Shown here piece after piece: positions 1-16,235 of a DNA stretch of 64,000 nucleotides. The translations under genes and the position numbers were made by a program. The DNA comes from the human T2T-CHM13v2.0 reference genome, Homo sapiens, in the NCBI RefSeq assembly GCF_009914755.1, contig NC_060940.1; one strand, written 5' to 3'. Positions within the stretch are counted from its first letter, which is position 1. Every line of letters starts with the position of its first letter. The notes beneath the pieces are model-generated. The model was not told the origin of the DNA. It did no database searches and was given only the letters and a program-made list of their open reading frames with translations.

Positions 1-381
1 CACTTTATGCAAAAAGAATTTTCCCAGATAGGCTAGCCAGAAAAAACTTCAAGTCCTCTGTAACATCTGAGGTGACCAAGAGGCAGAAGAGCAGAGCAGT
101 CGGGGGCCGTGTCCTGGCTGATCCCAACTGCAGCTCTGCTGTGGGGGCCCGTGGGAGGGAGGCAGACCCCTGGGCTTTCCTGCTGGCCACGGAGACTCTG
201 CTCCTGCATGGAAAGGGAGCCTGGGAGCCAGCAGCCCACGCCTGGGGAGCCTGCCTGGGGCCATGTGACCATGGCCTCTCCCTGGGAACGGGCTGACCAC
301 AACACACCCTGCTGCCATCCACTTCTGTTTACTCTGCAAATGTAAGAAAGAACCACTTGGCCAGAAGTGTCCCCCAGATGC

Positions 382-677
382 TTTTTTTTTTTTTTTTTTG
401 GAGACAGTTTTGCTCTTGTCTCCCCGGCTGGAGTGCAGTGGCATGATCTCAACTCTCAACTCACTGTAACCTCCGCCTCCCGGATACTCCTGCCTCAGCC
501 TCCTGGGTAGCTGGGATTACAAGCACCCAACCACGCCCAGCTAATTTTTGTATTTTCGGTAGAGACGGGATTTCACCATGTTGGCCAGGCTAGTCTCGAA
601 CTCATGACCTCAAGTGATCCGCCCACTTCGGTCTCCCAAAGTGCTGGGATTACAGGCATGAGCCACGGCGCCTGGCC
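382..677 (-). mobile_element. Alu (AluS-like), antisense
   Basis: Poly-T followed by reverse-complement Alu consensus ending in GAGCCACGGCGCCTGGCC. Confidence 0.95.
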
Positions 678-889
678 CCCAAATGCTCTTGAACCGGAAA
701 CCCAGGGATGGGAGATGCTCACTGAGCTGCTGCTTTTATGTGTGCTGGTGCTATGTGTGTTCATGTCCGCGGCAGCTGTCTTTTTGCTACTATAAGGGAA
801 TTCTGGCCACCCTGGGTGGGGTGTGGTCGGGGTGAGAACCCAAGCGTTGGAACTGTAGACCCGTCCTGTCGACTGTGTGCCCCTGGGCA

Positions 890-975
890 TGTGTGAGCCT
901 CAGTTTCCTCATCTGTAAGGGGGGCAATGATACCTACCTCACAGGGGTGTTGTGAGGATTAAATGTGAGGAGGAT
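890..975 (+). mobile_element. MIR core fragment
   Basis: GCCTCAGTTTCCTCATCTGTAA...TACCTACCTCACAGGGGTGTTGTGAGGATTAAATG matches the MIR core consensus. Confidence 0.85.
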
Positions 976-2273
976 AGTGGCAGATGAGTGATGGACGTCC
1001 TTCACTGCCTCGGCCCCTTGTCCAGGGGCTCTTAATCCCAACTCTGCATGGAGTCAGTTCTCTGCTTTCTCCCAGCTTGCACCTGAAGGAGGAAACCACT
1101 CCAGGGGGACCTGGCCCCGCCTGCCTGTGGTGGGTGGGTTCCTGCATCACCCACCTGCTGACTGAGCATTTCCCTGCCTCCTCCTTCACAGAGAATCTCC
1201 AGGGAGGCAGGGCCACCGTCACCCTCCCCCACCGCTGATGGAGGGGCCCACCCGGAGCGCTGGGCCAGAGCTGCCTGGGTCCCAACCTCCCTGACAACTC
1301 CCTTTGTGCCCTCCTTCCCCTCTGCGATGGCACCTTCCCATTAACGACTATGGAATGGACTCACCTGTCCCATCTTTAAACAGCAACCCCAGGCTCTGTT
1401 TTTCTTTCAGCTACCGCCTGGGATTTCTTGCCCCCTAATTGTTTATTCTTGTTAACACCAACTACATGGGGCCCTGCTGCCTTCCTCACTTCCTCCCTCA
1501 GGTGTCCCCCGCATCACCGAAGGCCCTGTACCCCCGCCCCCCCTGCTGTGCTGTGTACACCGCCGAGGCCTCAGCAGCACTTGGCCTGTGACCCACTCCC
1601 TCCCGTGACAGCCTCCTGTTGCCTCTGTGACACTGTCCTACTGCTCCTCCACCTCCCTGGCCATTGCGTGGGCCCCGTGATCTGTCCCTACCCGTCCCCT
1701 GCCCCACCAGGGGCCACCTCGCCTGGCCCACTGCTCCAAGGTCTGAGCTTCCTCCCCTCTGCCCAGTGCTATCACGTCACATGTCCAAAAGTGAACACTT
1801 TCTCCTCCTTCATCCCCGCCCCTGACACGCGGAATCCTCACCTCCAGCAACCCCGTCCTGTCCCTGTGCTCGGTGGCCCAGGCGTCAGCAAGACGGCTGG
1901 TCCCTGCGTTAAGAGCACTTTCAATAAGGACAGATGGAGCCTCTCGTATAACCTTCACCGGCCCCCTGCAAGAGAAGCGCGATAATGGCGCCCCCATCTA
2001 CCCAGTTACCCAAACCAAAATCCCGGCGTCGCCCGCAGTCACCTCCCTGGCGGCCTCGGGGGCCCAGCTCCGAGCCGGAGTCCCCGTCAGACCTGGGAGG
2101 CAGGAGTGGGCGGGGCTTGAGGCTTGCCCGCAAGGAGGGAGAGAAAGCTTCGGGGGCGGCCCCTGAGCCCCGGTTCAGGATTGGGCAGCCCGGCCGGGAA
2201 GGGGCGGCCTTCCCTCCCGGAAGGGGCGTGGCTCTTCAGAGGCGGCAAATTGCAAGGAGACGCCGCCGCCTTC

Positions 2274-6797
<4,524 letters not shown>

Positions 6798-7099
6798 GCC
6801 TTTCCCATGCTGCCCTCGGCCTGTTCAGATGGGGATTGGGGGTGTCTTCCCTGGCACTGTGCTCGGGGACCCAGAGATGCCTGTGCTTCCCTGGGAAACC
6901 TGGTGAACTGGACCAGGTGGCCTCACTGGCTCTTCTCAGGACAACTAAGCCTGCTGGTCAGGGCTGGCTTTCAGCCTTCCTAAGGCTCCTGGACTCCAGA
7001 GGCCAGCGGGGAGCCTTTCCTGGCTCCCTCTGTTTTCTCTCACTGTAGACCAAAGAGCCGCTTGTGTGATATTAAAGCCACTTTAGAAAGCATTTGTGT

Positions 7100-7256
7100 T
7101 TATTTATGTTTTTGAGACAGTCTCACTCTGTCGCCTAGGCTAGAGTGCAGTGGCGTGATCTCAGCTCACTGCAACCTCCGCTTCTGGGTTCAGGCGATTC
7201 TCCTGCCTCAGCCTCCCGAGTAGCTGGGACTACAGGCTTCGGCCACCACGCCTGGC

Positions 7257-7292
<36 letters not shown>

Positions 7293-7410
7293 TAAAGATG
7301 GGGTTTCACCATGTGGGCCAGGCTGGTCTCAAACTTTCGACCTCAGGTGATCCTCCCACCTCACCCTCCCAAAGTGCTGGGATTATAGGTGTGAGCCACC
7401 GTGCCTGGCT
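7100..7410 (-). mobile_element. Alu, antisense, with an expanded middle T tract
   Basis: Reverse-complement Alu consensus. Confidence 0.9.
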
Positions 7411-7553
7411 GAAAGCATATGTATTTAAATCATGCCAAGGTAGGACTTGGTGAGCCCTTGTTGTTTCTTTATGATTTTATCAAGTTATATCACTGGTTGA
7501 TACATGTCATGCTGAAAAAGAATATATCAAGTGTATTTATCAAGATTATAAGT

Positions 7554-7835
7554 GGGCCGGGTGTGGTGGCTCACGCCTGTAATCCCAGCACTTGGGGAGG
7601 CTGAAGTGGGAGAATTGCTTGAGGCCAGGAGTTTGAGACCAGTTTGAACAACAGTGAGACCCCATCTCTACACAAAATTTGAAAATGAGCCGGGCATGGC
7701 GTGTCTGCCTGTAATCCCAGCTACTTGGGAGGCTAAGGCGGGAGGATCGCTTGAGCCTCGCACTTTGAGCCTGCAGTGAGCCATGATTGCACCACTGTGC
7801 TCCAACCTGGGTGACAGAGCGAGACTCTGTCTCGA
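7554..7835 (+). mobile_element. Alu (AluJ-like)
   Basis: GGCCGGGTGTGGTGGCTCACGCCTGTAATCCC... consensus. Confidence 0.9.
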
Positions 7836-8393
7836 TATCCCTTCTGTATAAAGGACGGGACAAGGCCACTCAAGGCAGGCCCAGCATTGCTGAAAGCCCT
7901 GCCCCCTGTAGGCTGTAGGCTGTATGCATTCATCGGAGGACACGAAAACCACAAGGCCATATTGGAGAACAGGCCGGCCACTGTCTCTGCCACAGCCACA
8001 CGGCTCTGCTTCCCACTGTCTCCTGGTGCCCATGCCCAGCTCCCCCTCCTGGCGCTGGTGCTGGGGCAGGTGTGGGGTCACCGGTTCACACTGAGCCTCC
8101 ACCAGGAAGGGCCTTTTACCTCTTCACCCTTTAGCCACTCCACTCTCACCTCCTCCAAGCCTCCTTCCCTTCCCCAGGAAGGCAGGAAAGAGCATGGGTC
8201 AGGGTTGGGCCCTCTGCAGCCACAGAGGTGTTTGCAACATGACTTGTTTCTTGCCCTGGGACTGGGCAAGATTCTCAAGGAGTCAGCCCCAGTTGTCCAG
8301 GTTTGTCCCCACTGTCATGCTGGGTGATGGTGGTGATGACCTCAGGGGCCGGCATAGAGATTACTTGATGTGGCATCTAAAGTGCTGGCCACA

Positions 8394-9136
<743 letters not shown>

Positions 9137-9729
9137 TTATAGTCCAGCGGGCCAGAAACACGCTCGGACCCAGAGTCCCAAGTTGAGGGCTGCTGGGGAC
9201 CAGATGACAGAGACCAAGACAGGAAACCAAAAACCATGGTCCTCGTTGCATTGAGGGGGCGCCTCCAGGGACAGGGCAGCTCCACCCCCTGCCACCGCAG
9301 CCTGGCAGCAGCCCCAGGGTCGCACCCCTTGTGCAGATCAGCCAGCCTCGCCCCTCCCGGCAACCCCATTGCTGCCTCCAGGCTTATGCCCAGGTGCCTC
9401 TATCTGCAGGAGCCACTGACTCATTTGAAACCCCCAACCACGCTGCGACCGTACACCCCCGTGGCTTTCCAGAGCAGGTGGTCTCTACCTGACGTTATTT
9501 CACTGGCTGACTTGGCTCATGGCTCATCCCCCATGCCTACTGGATGTCTGCCTCAGGAGGACAGGGGTGCTATCCCCCCTACCCCGGCCAGGCCCTGATG
9601 GGAGCCAGATGTGCACTGACTCAATGATCCACCAATCCCGGGGGCCAACCCAGAGGACAGTGGTGTCCTGGAGCAGGGAGGCGGCCTAGATAGCTTTGTG
9701 GGGGTCCTGAGGAGGCCCCAACACAGGAG

Positions 9730-9941
9730 TCCAGGGCGGGAAAGACAAGCCGCCTCCTCGGACTAACGCCCGCCCACCCCGATTCCCCGCCAAAACCCAG
9801 AGGTAGCAGCTGACTCCTCGGGCTCCCGGCTGGCGTCACCGCCTCTGGAGCCAATGGGCTCTGACGTGGCGAGCCTGGAACGCCACTGGGACTGCGCGGG
9901 CGTCCACACCACCCACCGAGCGCGGCCACCGCGTTGGCGGC
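9730..9941 (+). promoter_or_regulatory. Putative promoter in an orphan CpG island
   Basis: GGCGGGAAA 9735-9743; CCCGCCC 9769-9775; CCCGCCAAAA 9786-9795; AGCCAAT 9849-9855; TGACGTGG 9862-9869. CpG-rich from ~9760 to 10740. Confidence 0.55.
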
Positions 9942-10283
9942 ATGAGCGCGCTCGAGCCTCCCCCAGCGGCGCCCGCCTCGCCCCCCGGGCCGGGTCTGGC
10001 GCACCCGGAACCCCCCGGGGCCCTGCGCGCCCTGCTCTTGGCCACCGGCGGCGCTGGGGGCTCGTGGCCTCGCTGCATTCTGCCGTTCGGTGCCGTGGCC
10101 GTGCTGGCTGGTGCGGCTGCCACGGCCATCACCTTCTCGCTGCGGGGACCCCGCCTGGACCTGGCCCAGGGCTCGTCGCTGGCCGCGCTCAGTGCGGGCC
10201 TGGGGCTTCTGACCGCCGCCTTCCTGTGCTGGCGCGCTCGGCGGAGGCGAAGGGCCGGGCGCAGGGAGCCGGGGGCGCCCTGA
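9942..10283 (+). CDS. Putative TMEM100/PIRT-family two-transmembrane protein (TMEM100-like), 113 aa
   Basis: ATG in GGCGGCATGA context; intact ORF; two hydrophobic segments and a polybasic tail. Motifs ATGG-x3-S-x2-RCILPF...AG-x3-TA and LSAGLGLL-x4-LCWRARRR...RRE match the recalled TMEM100 sequence. Confidence 0.62.
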   Translation: MSALEPPPAAPASPPGPGLAHPEPPGALRALLLATGGAGGSWPRCILPFGAVAVLAGAAATAITFSLRGPRLDLAQGSSLAALSAGLGLLTAAFLCWRARRRRRAGRREPGAP

Positions 10284-13199
10284 GCCGCGGGCGAGGCCCC
10301 CTCCCATCGAGGTCACCGCGAGCCGGCCGCCCCTCCCTCCAACCTCGCCCCGGCCGGGCGGGCGCAGTGCCAAGCGTGGTCGCAGAGGCCGCCCCCCACA
10401 CCCCATCCCCAAATCGTTTCTTCTGGAACCCTTTGGGCAGAGAAGGCCACCGGCCGTTTCCCTCCCTCCCTCTCTGCTTTCCCTCTCTTCCCTCCTCCGT
10501 CCAACGTCGCATTTCAGCTTTTGACTTGGCGCGCAGAGCTGGCGCGACCGCAGAGCGGCCTGGCTGGGCAGCGGTCTGCGAGGCTGGGGGATCGACCCGG
10601 CGCGAGGGTGCTGGGTGCAGGGCAGCGCGACGCGGGCTCGGCCACACCACCCGCCGTTGGGAGCCGGCGCTGTGTCTGCTCCTGGGCTGTCTGCCTTCGG
10701 AGCTCGGTTGGAAACCCCCCGAGGCATAATAGGCGCTCGATAAATGTGCAATAGGTGAACATGTGGTGGCTTGCAGGCGTCTGGGGGGAGACAGCAGGTT
10801 CTGGGCTGGGCAGGGAATTATTGGATCAACGGGCATCTTACAGGAAAGACTCTCAGCTCCCTGCCGCCTAGGACTGTCCAGCCCATCTATGCCCTCTCCC
10901 CAGCCTGTGCCCCAAAGCTGGAGCTGCCACTCTAGGGGTGAGGGGTGGGGTGGGGAGGGGGAGGCGAAGCACTGCGGCCTGAGTTGCAGGTGGGGGGAGG
11001 GGAGGCGGAGCTTCTTTGTTGCAGAAGGTGCCAGGAGGGGGCAGGGCCAGTGGAGAGGTGGGAGGTGGGAGAGGCCCCAGCCAGGGGCTGGGACAGGTGG
11101 CTGGGTCCCTGGGGAGCAATAAGTCCCGCTTGGGCGCTGTGGGGAGGCCCTTCCTAACTCCCAAACACCATCTGTGAGGGCTGGGGGTGGGGGCAGAGTA
11201 GCGTGTGCAGAGGACTGTTCCTGGGGAGAGGCCCTGTGACCAGCGGCCTCCTCCCTGGGGAGCTGGCGGTACAATGGCCCTCTGGGCCCACGGCCTCCCG
11301 CCGCTGCTGCTGACCCAGATGAACAATTGGGGCAGGGCTGAGCCCCAGGCACCTACTTTCCCCCACCCCAGAAGCCACCAGACGTTCTGCAGACCCCAGT
11401 CCTGGCTCACAGGGAAGCTGAGCTGGAGACAAAGCCAGCCCCTCTGATGAGGGTGGAAGAGGCTGCTGGCCACTGTCCCTCTTGCAGCCTGGCTGGCAGC
11501 CAGTCTGGCAGTGGCCCTGACGTCCAGAGACAGCTTGGGTTTCCCCAGAGGCTTGTCTCTGGCCAGTGGGACCCCTCTGTCAGGCCTGGGCTTTTCTCTC
11601 CACTGTCCCAGAATGATGATCTCAGCCCCCATAGTCCCCCCAGGGTTCCTCCCACCCTTAGGGTGGGGTGTCGGGGGGTGGGGGTTGGGAGCCAGAAGGA
11701 CCTTGAAGAGGGTGGTTGGGACGTTTCAGGTTCTAAGCTTGACCCACAGAGCGGAGCGTGAGCCCCGTCAGGTTGAGGTCCCTCAACTTGTAAAGGACAC
11801 AATTCCCATTCTCTTTATCAGGAAGCTGAGGGGCAGGGGCCCTGTGGCAGAGAGAGAGCCCCTTAGCCCTCTCTGTTCAGTCCTCCGGTGCCCCCATCCC
11901 TGTGCATCTGTGGCTGTCACATGCAGATGTGTGGCAAGGAGAAGGTGCCCACCAGCCAGTGTCAGTTGCTCCAGGAGCCAAGCCAGGTGCCCTATCACCC
12001 TGTCTTCCCGTTCCTCCCCTCCATGGTCAGGCCCTCCTGCTCCCTCCTCTGGTCCTTCAGTTTCCCCTAGGAGGCTTCCGTGTCCTCCTGCCCCTCCTCT
12101 CCCCAACAGCGGGATGCGTCTACCTCTCCATTCTCTTCCTCCTGGTCCTTGCTCATCTCTGGTCGTGTCCAGGGTAGCACCCACGTGGCCTCCTCCACCA
12201 GCTGCAGGCCTGGCCTCCCATCTGAAACGGGGCATTCAGGCCTCGATGCTGGCCCTGCACGGAACTTGTTCCCTGCCCCTCCCTGGGATGCTTGGCCTCC
12301 TCTGTCAAGGACCTGAAAGTCGGAGGGGAGGAGGTTTCTCTGACCAGAGCTGTTCCTGGACCCTCTTTGGTGGTGTCGCTCCCAGGCACAGCTACCCCAT
12401 CCCCAGCTAGTCCCCAGGCCACCCAGCTGGGCTTCTGCCTCAGTTTCCCTGCCCAAACGTGCTGTGACGTAGGGCAGTGGGCTCCGGGTTGCGACCAGCC
12501 CCTTCCCATGATTAAACCCTACTCCCTGCCCCTGCAGAGGGGTCCTCAACAGCTAACCAAGCCCCCGAACCCCAAGAAGCCACCCCATCCCACCCTCCAG
12601 CTTCCATGTCCTCCCTGCCAGCTGGGCCCGTGGCAGAGGTGCCCCTAGAAACTTGCAGACCCAGGGAGCTTTGGGATCAGAATCTGGCCTGGTGCAGGGG
12701 ATGCTGGCCTCATGTCTTAGCCCAGCTCAGGCCCATGGGGGTGCCCCCCTTCCTCAACATGGGCAGGAGACACTCCAATTTGTGCAGCTCTCGACTTGGG
12801 CCTGATGCCACTTGAGACTCATCAAATCCAACAGCTTCAGAGCGCGTGCTGAGTAACAGGCATCTGGCAGGTGAGGAAACAGGAGCCCAAGACATGCAGC
12901 CAGAAATGGGGCAGTTGGATTCAAAATTAGACCTGACCGAATCCTGGGTTCCTTCTACTCGAGTAGATGCTGCTTTGGGGATGACCCTTCAACTGGTGGT
13001 TACTTGGCTTCCCTACCTGGGGAACATCCAGGGCCTCTGCTGTCAGACCCGGGGCCTTGCCTGCCTGATGGTCTTCAGGGAGGAGGCGACCCAGACCCCC
13101 GTCCAGCACGTGGCACAGCCCCAGGAGCAGTAAAGACCTGGCTGTGGGCCCAGGACCCTGCTGGGTGGTCCCCCACGGGCTGCGAAGGCTGAGCTGCCC

Positions 13200-13831
13200 C
13201 CCTCCAGACCCCTCCCGCCAGCGCATTCCTGGCTCCCCGGCCCCTCCCCTGGCTCCCGGGCCTCCCAGCCCCCTTCCCCGCTGGCCCAGCCCGCGTCTGA
13301 ATCTGCTTCTGATTCCAGCTCTGCGATGAGGCCCCCTCCCCTCCCCTGCCTCCTTCCCGACCCGAGCAGCCCCGCCCCCGGCTGGGCCCGGGCTTGCGCC
13401 TGCTGCGCCCCCCACCCCCTCCTGGCACAGCTCGTCCGCCCTCGCTGCAGCCGGGAGGAGGCGGCGGCCCGTGCACCGCAGGCCCCGCCCGCCCACGGCC
13501 CTTCCCGGGAGGCCGGGAGACCTGCTCCGCCCGGCCCTCGGTGGGTGAGTGCGAGCGGCGGGTGGGGCCTCCGCGGGCGGAGGCACCGGGAGCGGGGGCG
13601 ACGCCTGTCATCGCTCTAGGCCCAGCGGGAGGACGCGCCAACATCCCCGCTGCTGTGCTGGGCCCGGGGCGTGCCCGCCGCTGCTCCCACCTCTGGGCCG
13701 GGCTGGGGCCGCCCGGGGGCCCTGTTCCTCGGCATTGCGGGCCTGGTGGGCAGAGCCGCGGAGAGGGCTTCTTTTCCCCAAGGGCAGCGTCTTGGGGCCC
13801 GGCCACTGGCTGACCCGCAGCGGCTCCGGCC
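13200..13831 (+). promoter_or_regulatory. CpG island / promoter and 5'UTR of NTN3
   Basis: High CpG density and GC boxes upstream of the ATG at 13832. Confidence 0.7.
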
Positions 13832-16235
13832 ATGCCTGGCTGGCCCTGGGGGCTGCTGCTGACGGCAGGCACGCTCTTCGCCGCCCTGAGTCCTGGGCCG
13901 CCGGCGCCCGCCGACCCCTGCCACGATGAGGGGGGTGCGCCCCGCGGCTGCGTGCCAGGACTGGTGAACGCCGCCCTGGGCCGCGAGGTGCTGGCTTCCA
14001 GCACGTGCGGGCGGCCGGCCACTCGGGCCTGCGACGCCTCCGACCCGCGACGGGCACACTCCCCCGCCCTCCTTACTTCCCCAGGGGGCACGGCCAGCCC
14101 TCTGTGCTGGCGCTCGGAGTCCCTGCCTCGGGCGCCCCTCAACGTGACTCTCACGGTGCCCCTGGGCAAGGCTTTTGAGCTGGTCTTCGTGAGCCTGCGC
14201 TTCTGCTCAGCTCCCCCAGCCTCCGTGGCCCTGCTCAAGTCTCAGGACCATGGCCGCAGCTGGGCCCCGCTGGGCTTCTTCTCCTCCCACTGTGACCTGG
14301 ACTATGGCCGTCTGCCTGCCCCTGCCAATGGCCCAGCTGGCCCAGGGCCTGAGGCCCTGTGCTTCCCCGCACCCCTGGCCCAGCCTGATGGCAGCGGCCT
14401 TCTGGCCTTCAGCATGCAGGACAGCAGCCCCCCAGGCCTGGACCTGGACAGCAGCCCAGTGCTCCAAGACTGGGTGACCGCCACCGACGTCCGTGTAGTG
14501 CTCACAAGGCCTAGCACGGCAGGTGACCCCAGGGACATGGAGGCCGTCGTCCCTTACTCCTACGCAGCCACCGACCTCCAGGTGGGCGGGCGCTGCAAGT
14601 GCAATGGACATGCCTCACGGTGCCTGCTGGACACACAGGGCCACCTGATCTGCGACTGTCGGCATGGCACCGAGGGCCCTGACTGCGGCCGCTGCAAGCC
14701 CTTCTACTGCGACAGGCCATGGCAGCGGGCCACTGCCCGGGAATCCCACGCCTGCCTCGGTGAGGCCTTGGAGGGTGGCCTGGGGACCTTGGACACAACC
14801 AGCCTGCCCCTGACCCATCCCTCCCTGCAGCTTGCTCCTGCAACGGCCATGCCCGCCGCTGCCGCTTCAACATGGAGCTGTACCGACTGTCCGGCCGCCG
14901 CAGCGGGGGTGTCTGTCTCAACTGCCGGCACAACACCGCCGGCCGCCACTGCCACTACTGCCGGGAGGGCTTCTATCGAGACCCTGGCCGTGCCCTGAGT
15001 GACCGTCGGGCTTGCAGGGGTGAGCCACCACCGGCCACCTGCAGGCCCTCACCCTCTGACTTCCCAGATCCCCAGACAGGCTTCTGACCAGGCCCTTCCC
15101 ACCTCTGTCCTCAGCCTGCGACTGTCACCCGGTTGGTGCTGCTGGCAAGACCTGCAACCAGACCACAGGCCAGTGTCCCTGCAAGGATGGCGTCACTGGC
15201 CTCACCTGCAACCGCTGCGCGCCTGGCTTCCAGCAAAGCCGCTCCCCAGTGGCGCCCTGTGTTAGTGAGTGACCCTGCCCCGCCTCAGCCACCAAGCCAA
15301 GGCCACCCCAGCTCCCTGCTGTTGTCCCGTCTATTCCCCGAGCCCTGCAGATCTCTCTGCCCCTCCATCGCAGGCCATTCTCCCTCCCTCTCTGCAGAGA
15401 CCCCTATCCCTGGACCCACTGAGGACAGCAGCCCTGTGCAGCCCCAGGGTGAGTGGACACAGGACAGGGCCCCAGACTGGCATGACTTTGGGGGAGGGGG
15501 CTCTGGGAGGAGAGGGTGGGGAAAGGGAGTCTGTGCCAGCCTCCCACCTTCTACCCAGACTGTGACTCGCACTGCAAACCTGCCCGTGGCAGCTACCGCA
15601 TCAGCCTAAAGAAGTTCTGCAAGAAGGACTATGGTAGGTGCCCTCAGGCCTCCCGCGGACCTTCCCACCTTCCTCCTCTCCCTACCTTCCCTCCTCCGCC
15701 AGCTTCCCCTTGGAACGCCTTGACCCTTGCTGGGCCCCAAGGCCCATCCTCATCCCTCAGGTCCTCCACGGGCAGCGACCCCGCCCCTTCAGCCCCCACT
15801 GCCCTCCTGGTGTCCTCCCCGTGCCTCCCCCTACCGCGGGCAGGCCGCCCCTTCCTGACCCCGCCCCCTCTCGCTCTCCCCGCAGCGGTGCAGGTGGCGG
15901 TGGGTGCGCGCGGCGAGGCGCGCGGCGCGTGGACACGCTTCCCGGTGGCGGTGCTCGCCGTGTTCCGGAGCGGAGAGGAGCGCGCGCGGCGCGGGAGTAG
16001 CGCGCTGTGGGTGCCCGCCGGGGATGCGGCCTGCGGCTGCCCGCGCCTGCTCCCCGGCCGCCGCTACCTCCTGCTGGGGGGCGGGCCTGGAGCCGCGGCT
16101 GGGGGCGCGGGGGGCCGGGGGCCCGGGCTCATCGCCGCCCGCGGAAGCCTCGTGCTACCCTGGAGGGACGCGTGGACGCGGCGCCTGCGGAGGCTGCAGC
16201 GACGCGAACGGCGGGGGCGCTGCAGCGCCGCCTGA
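13832..16235 (+). CDS. NTN3: Netrin-3, 580 aa (signal peptide, laminin N-terminal domain, 3 laminin EGF repeats, NTR domain)
   Basis: Exons 13832-14759, 14831-15019, 15115-15264, 15398-15448, 15559-15633, 15886-16235 total 1743 nt. Netrin motifs [23 protein letters not shown] and [13 protein letters not shown]. Confidence 0.97.

Larger units (their letters stand above)
1..985 (+). other. CCNF: Distal 3'UTR of cyclin F
   Basis: No coding exon is visible. Assigned from the known gene order immediately upstream of TEDC2. A poly(A) signal ATTAAA lies at 958-963. Confidence 0.6.

Noticed and set aside
9854-10729. 291-aa + strand ORF overlapping the TMEM100-like ORF in another frame
   Set aside because: Arg/Gly/Pro/Ala low-complexity sequence with no recognisable domain. 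Its ATG is part of the CCAAT box, and long open frames are expected in CpG islands.
9621-11352. 376-aa and 387-aa minus-strand ORFs
   Set aside because: Stop-poor GC-rich sequence with no homology or domain-like composition.
11783-12549. Glu/Gly-rich minus-strand ORFs resembling an acidic protein or pseudogene
   Set aside because: Purine-rich low-complexity, old repeat-like sequence with non-ATG starts and no recognisable homologue.
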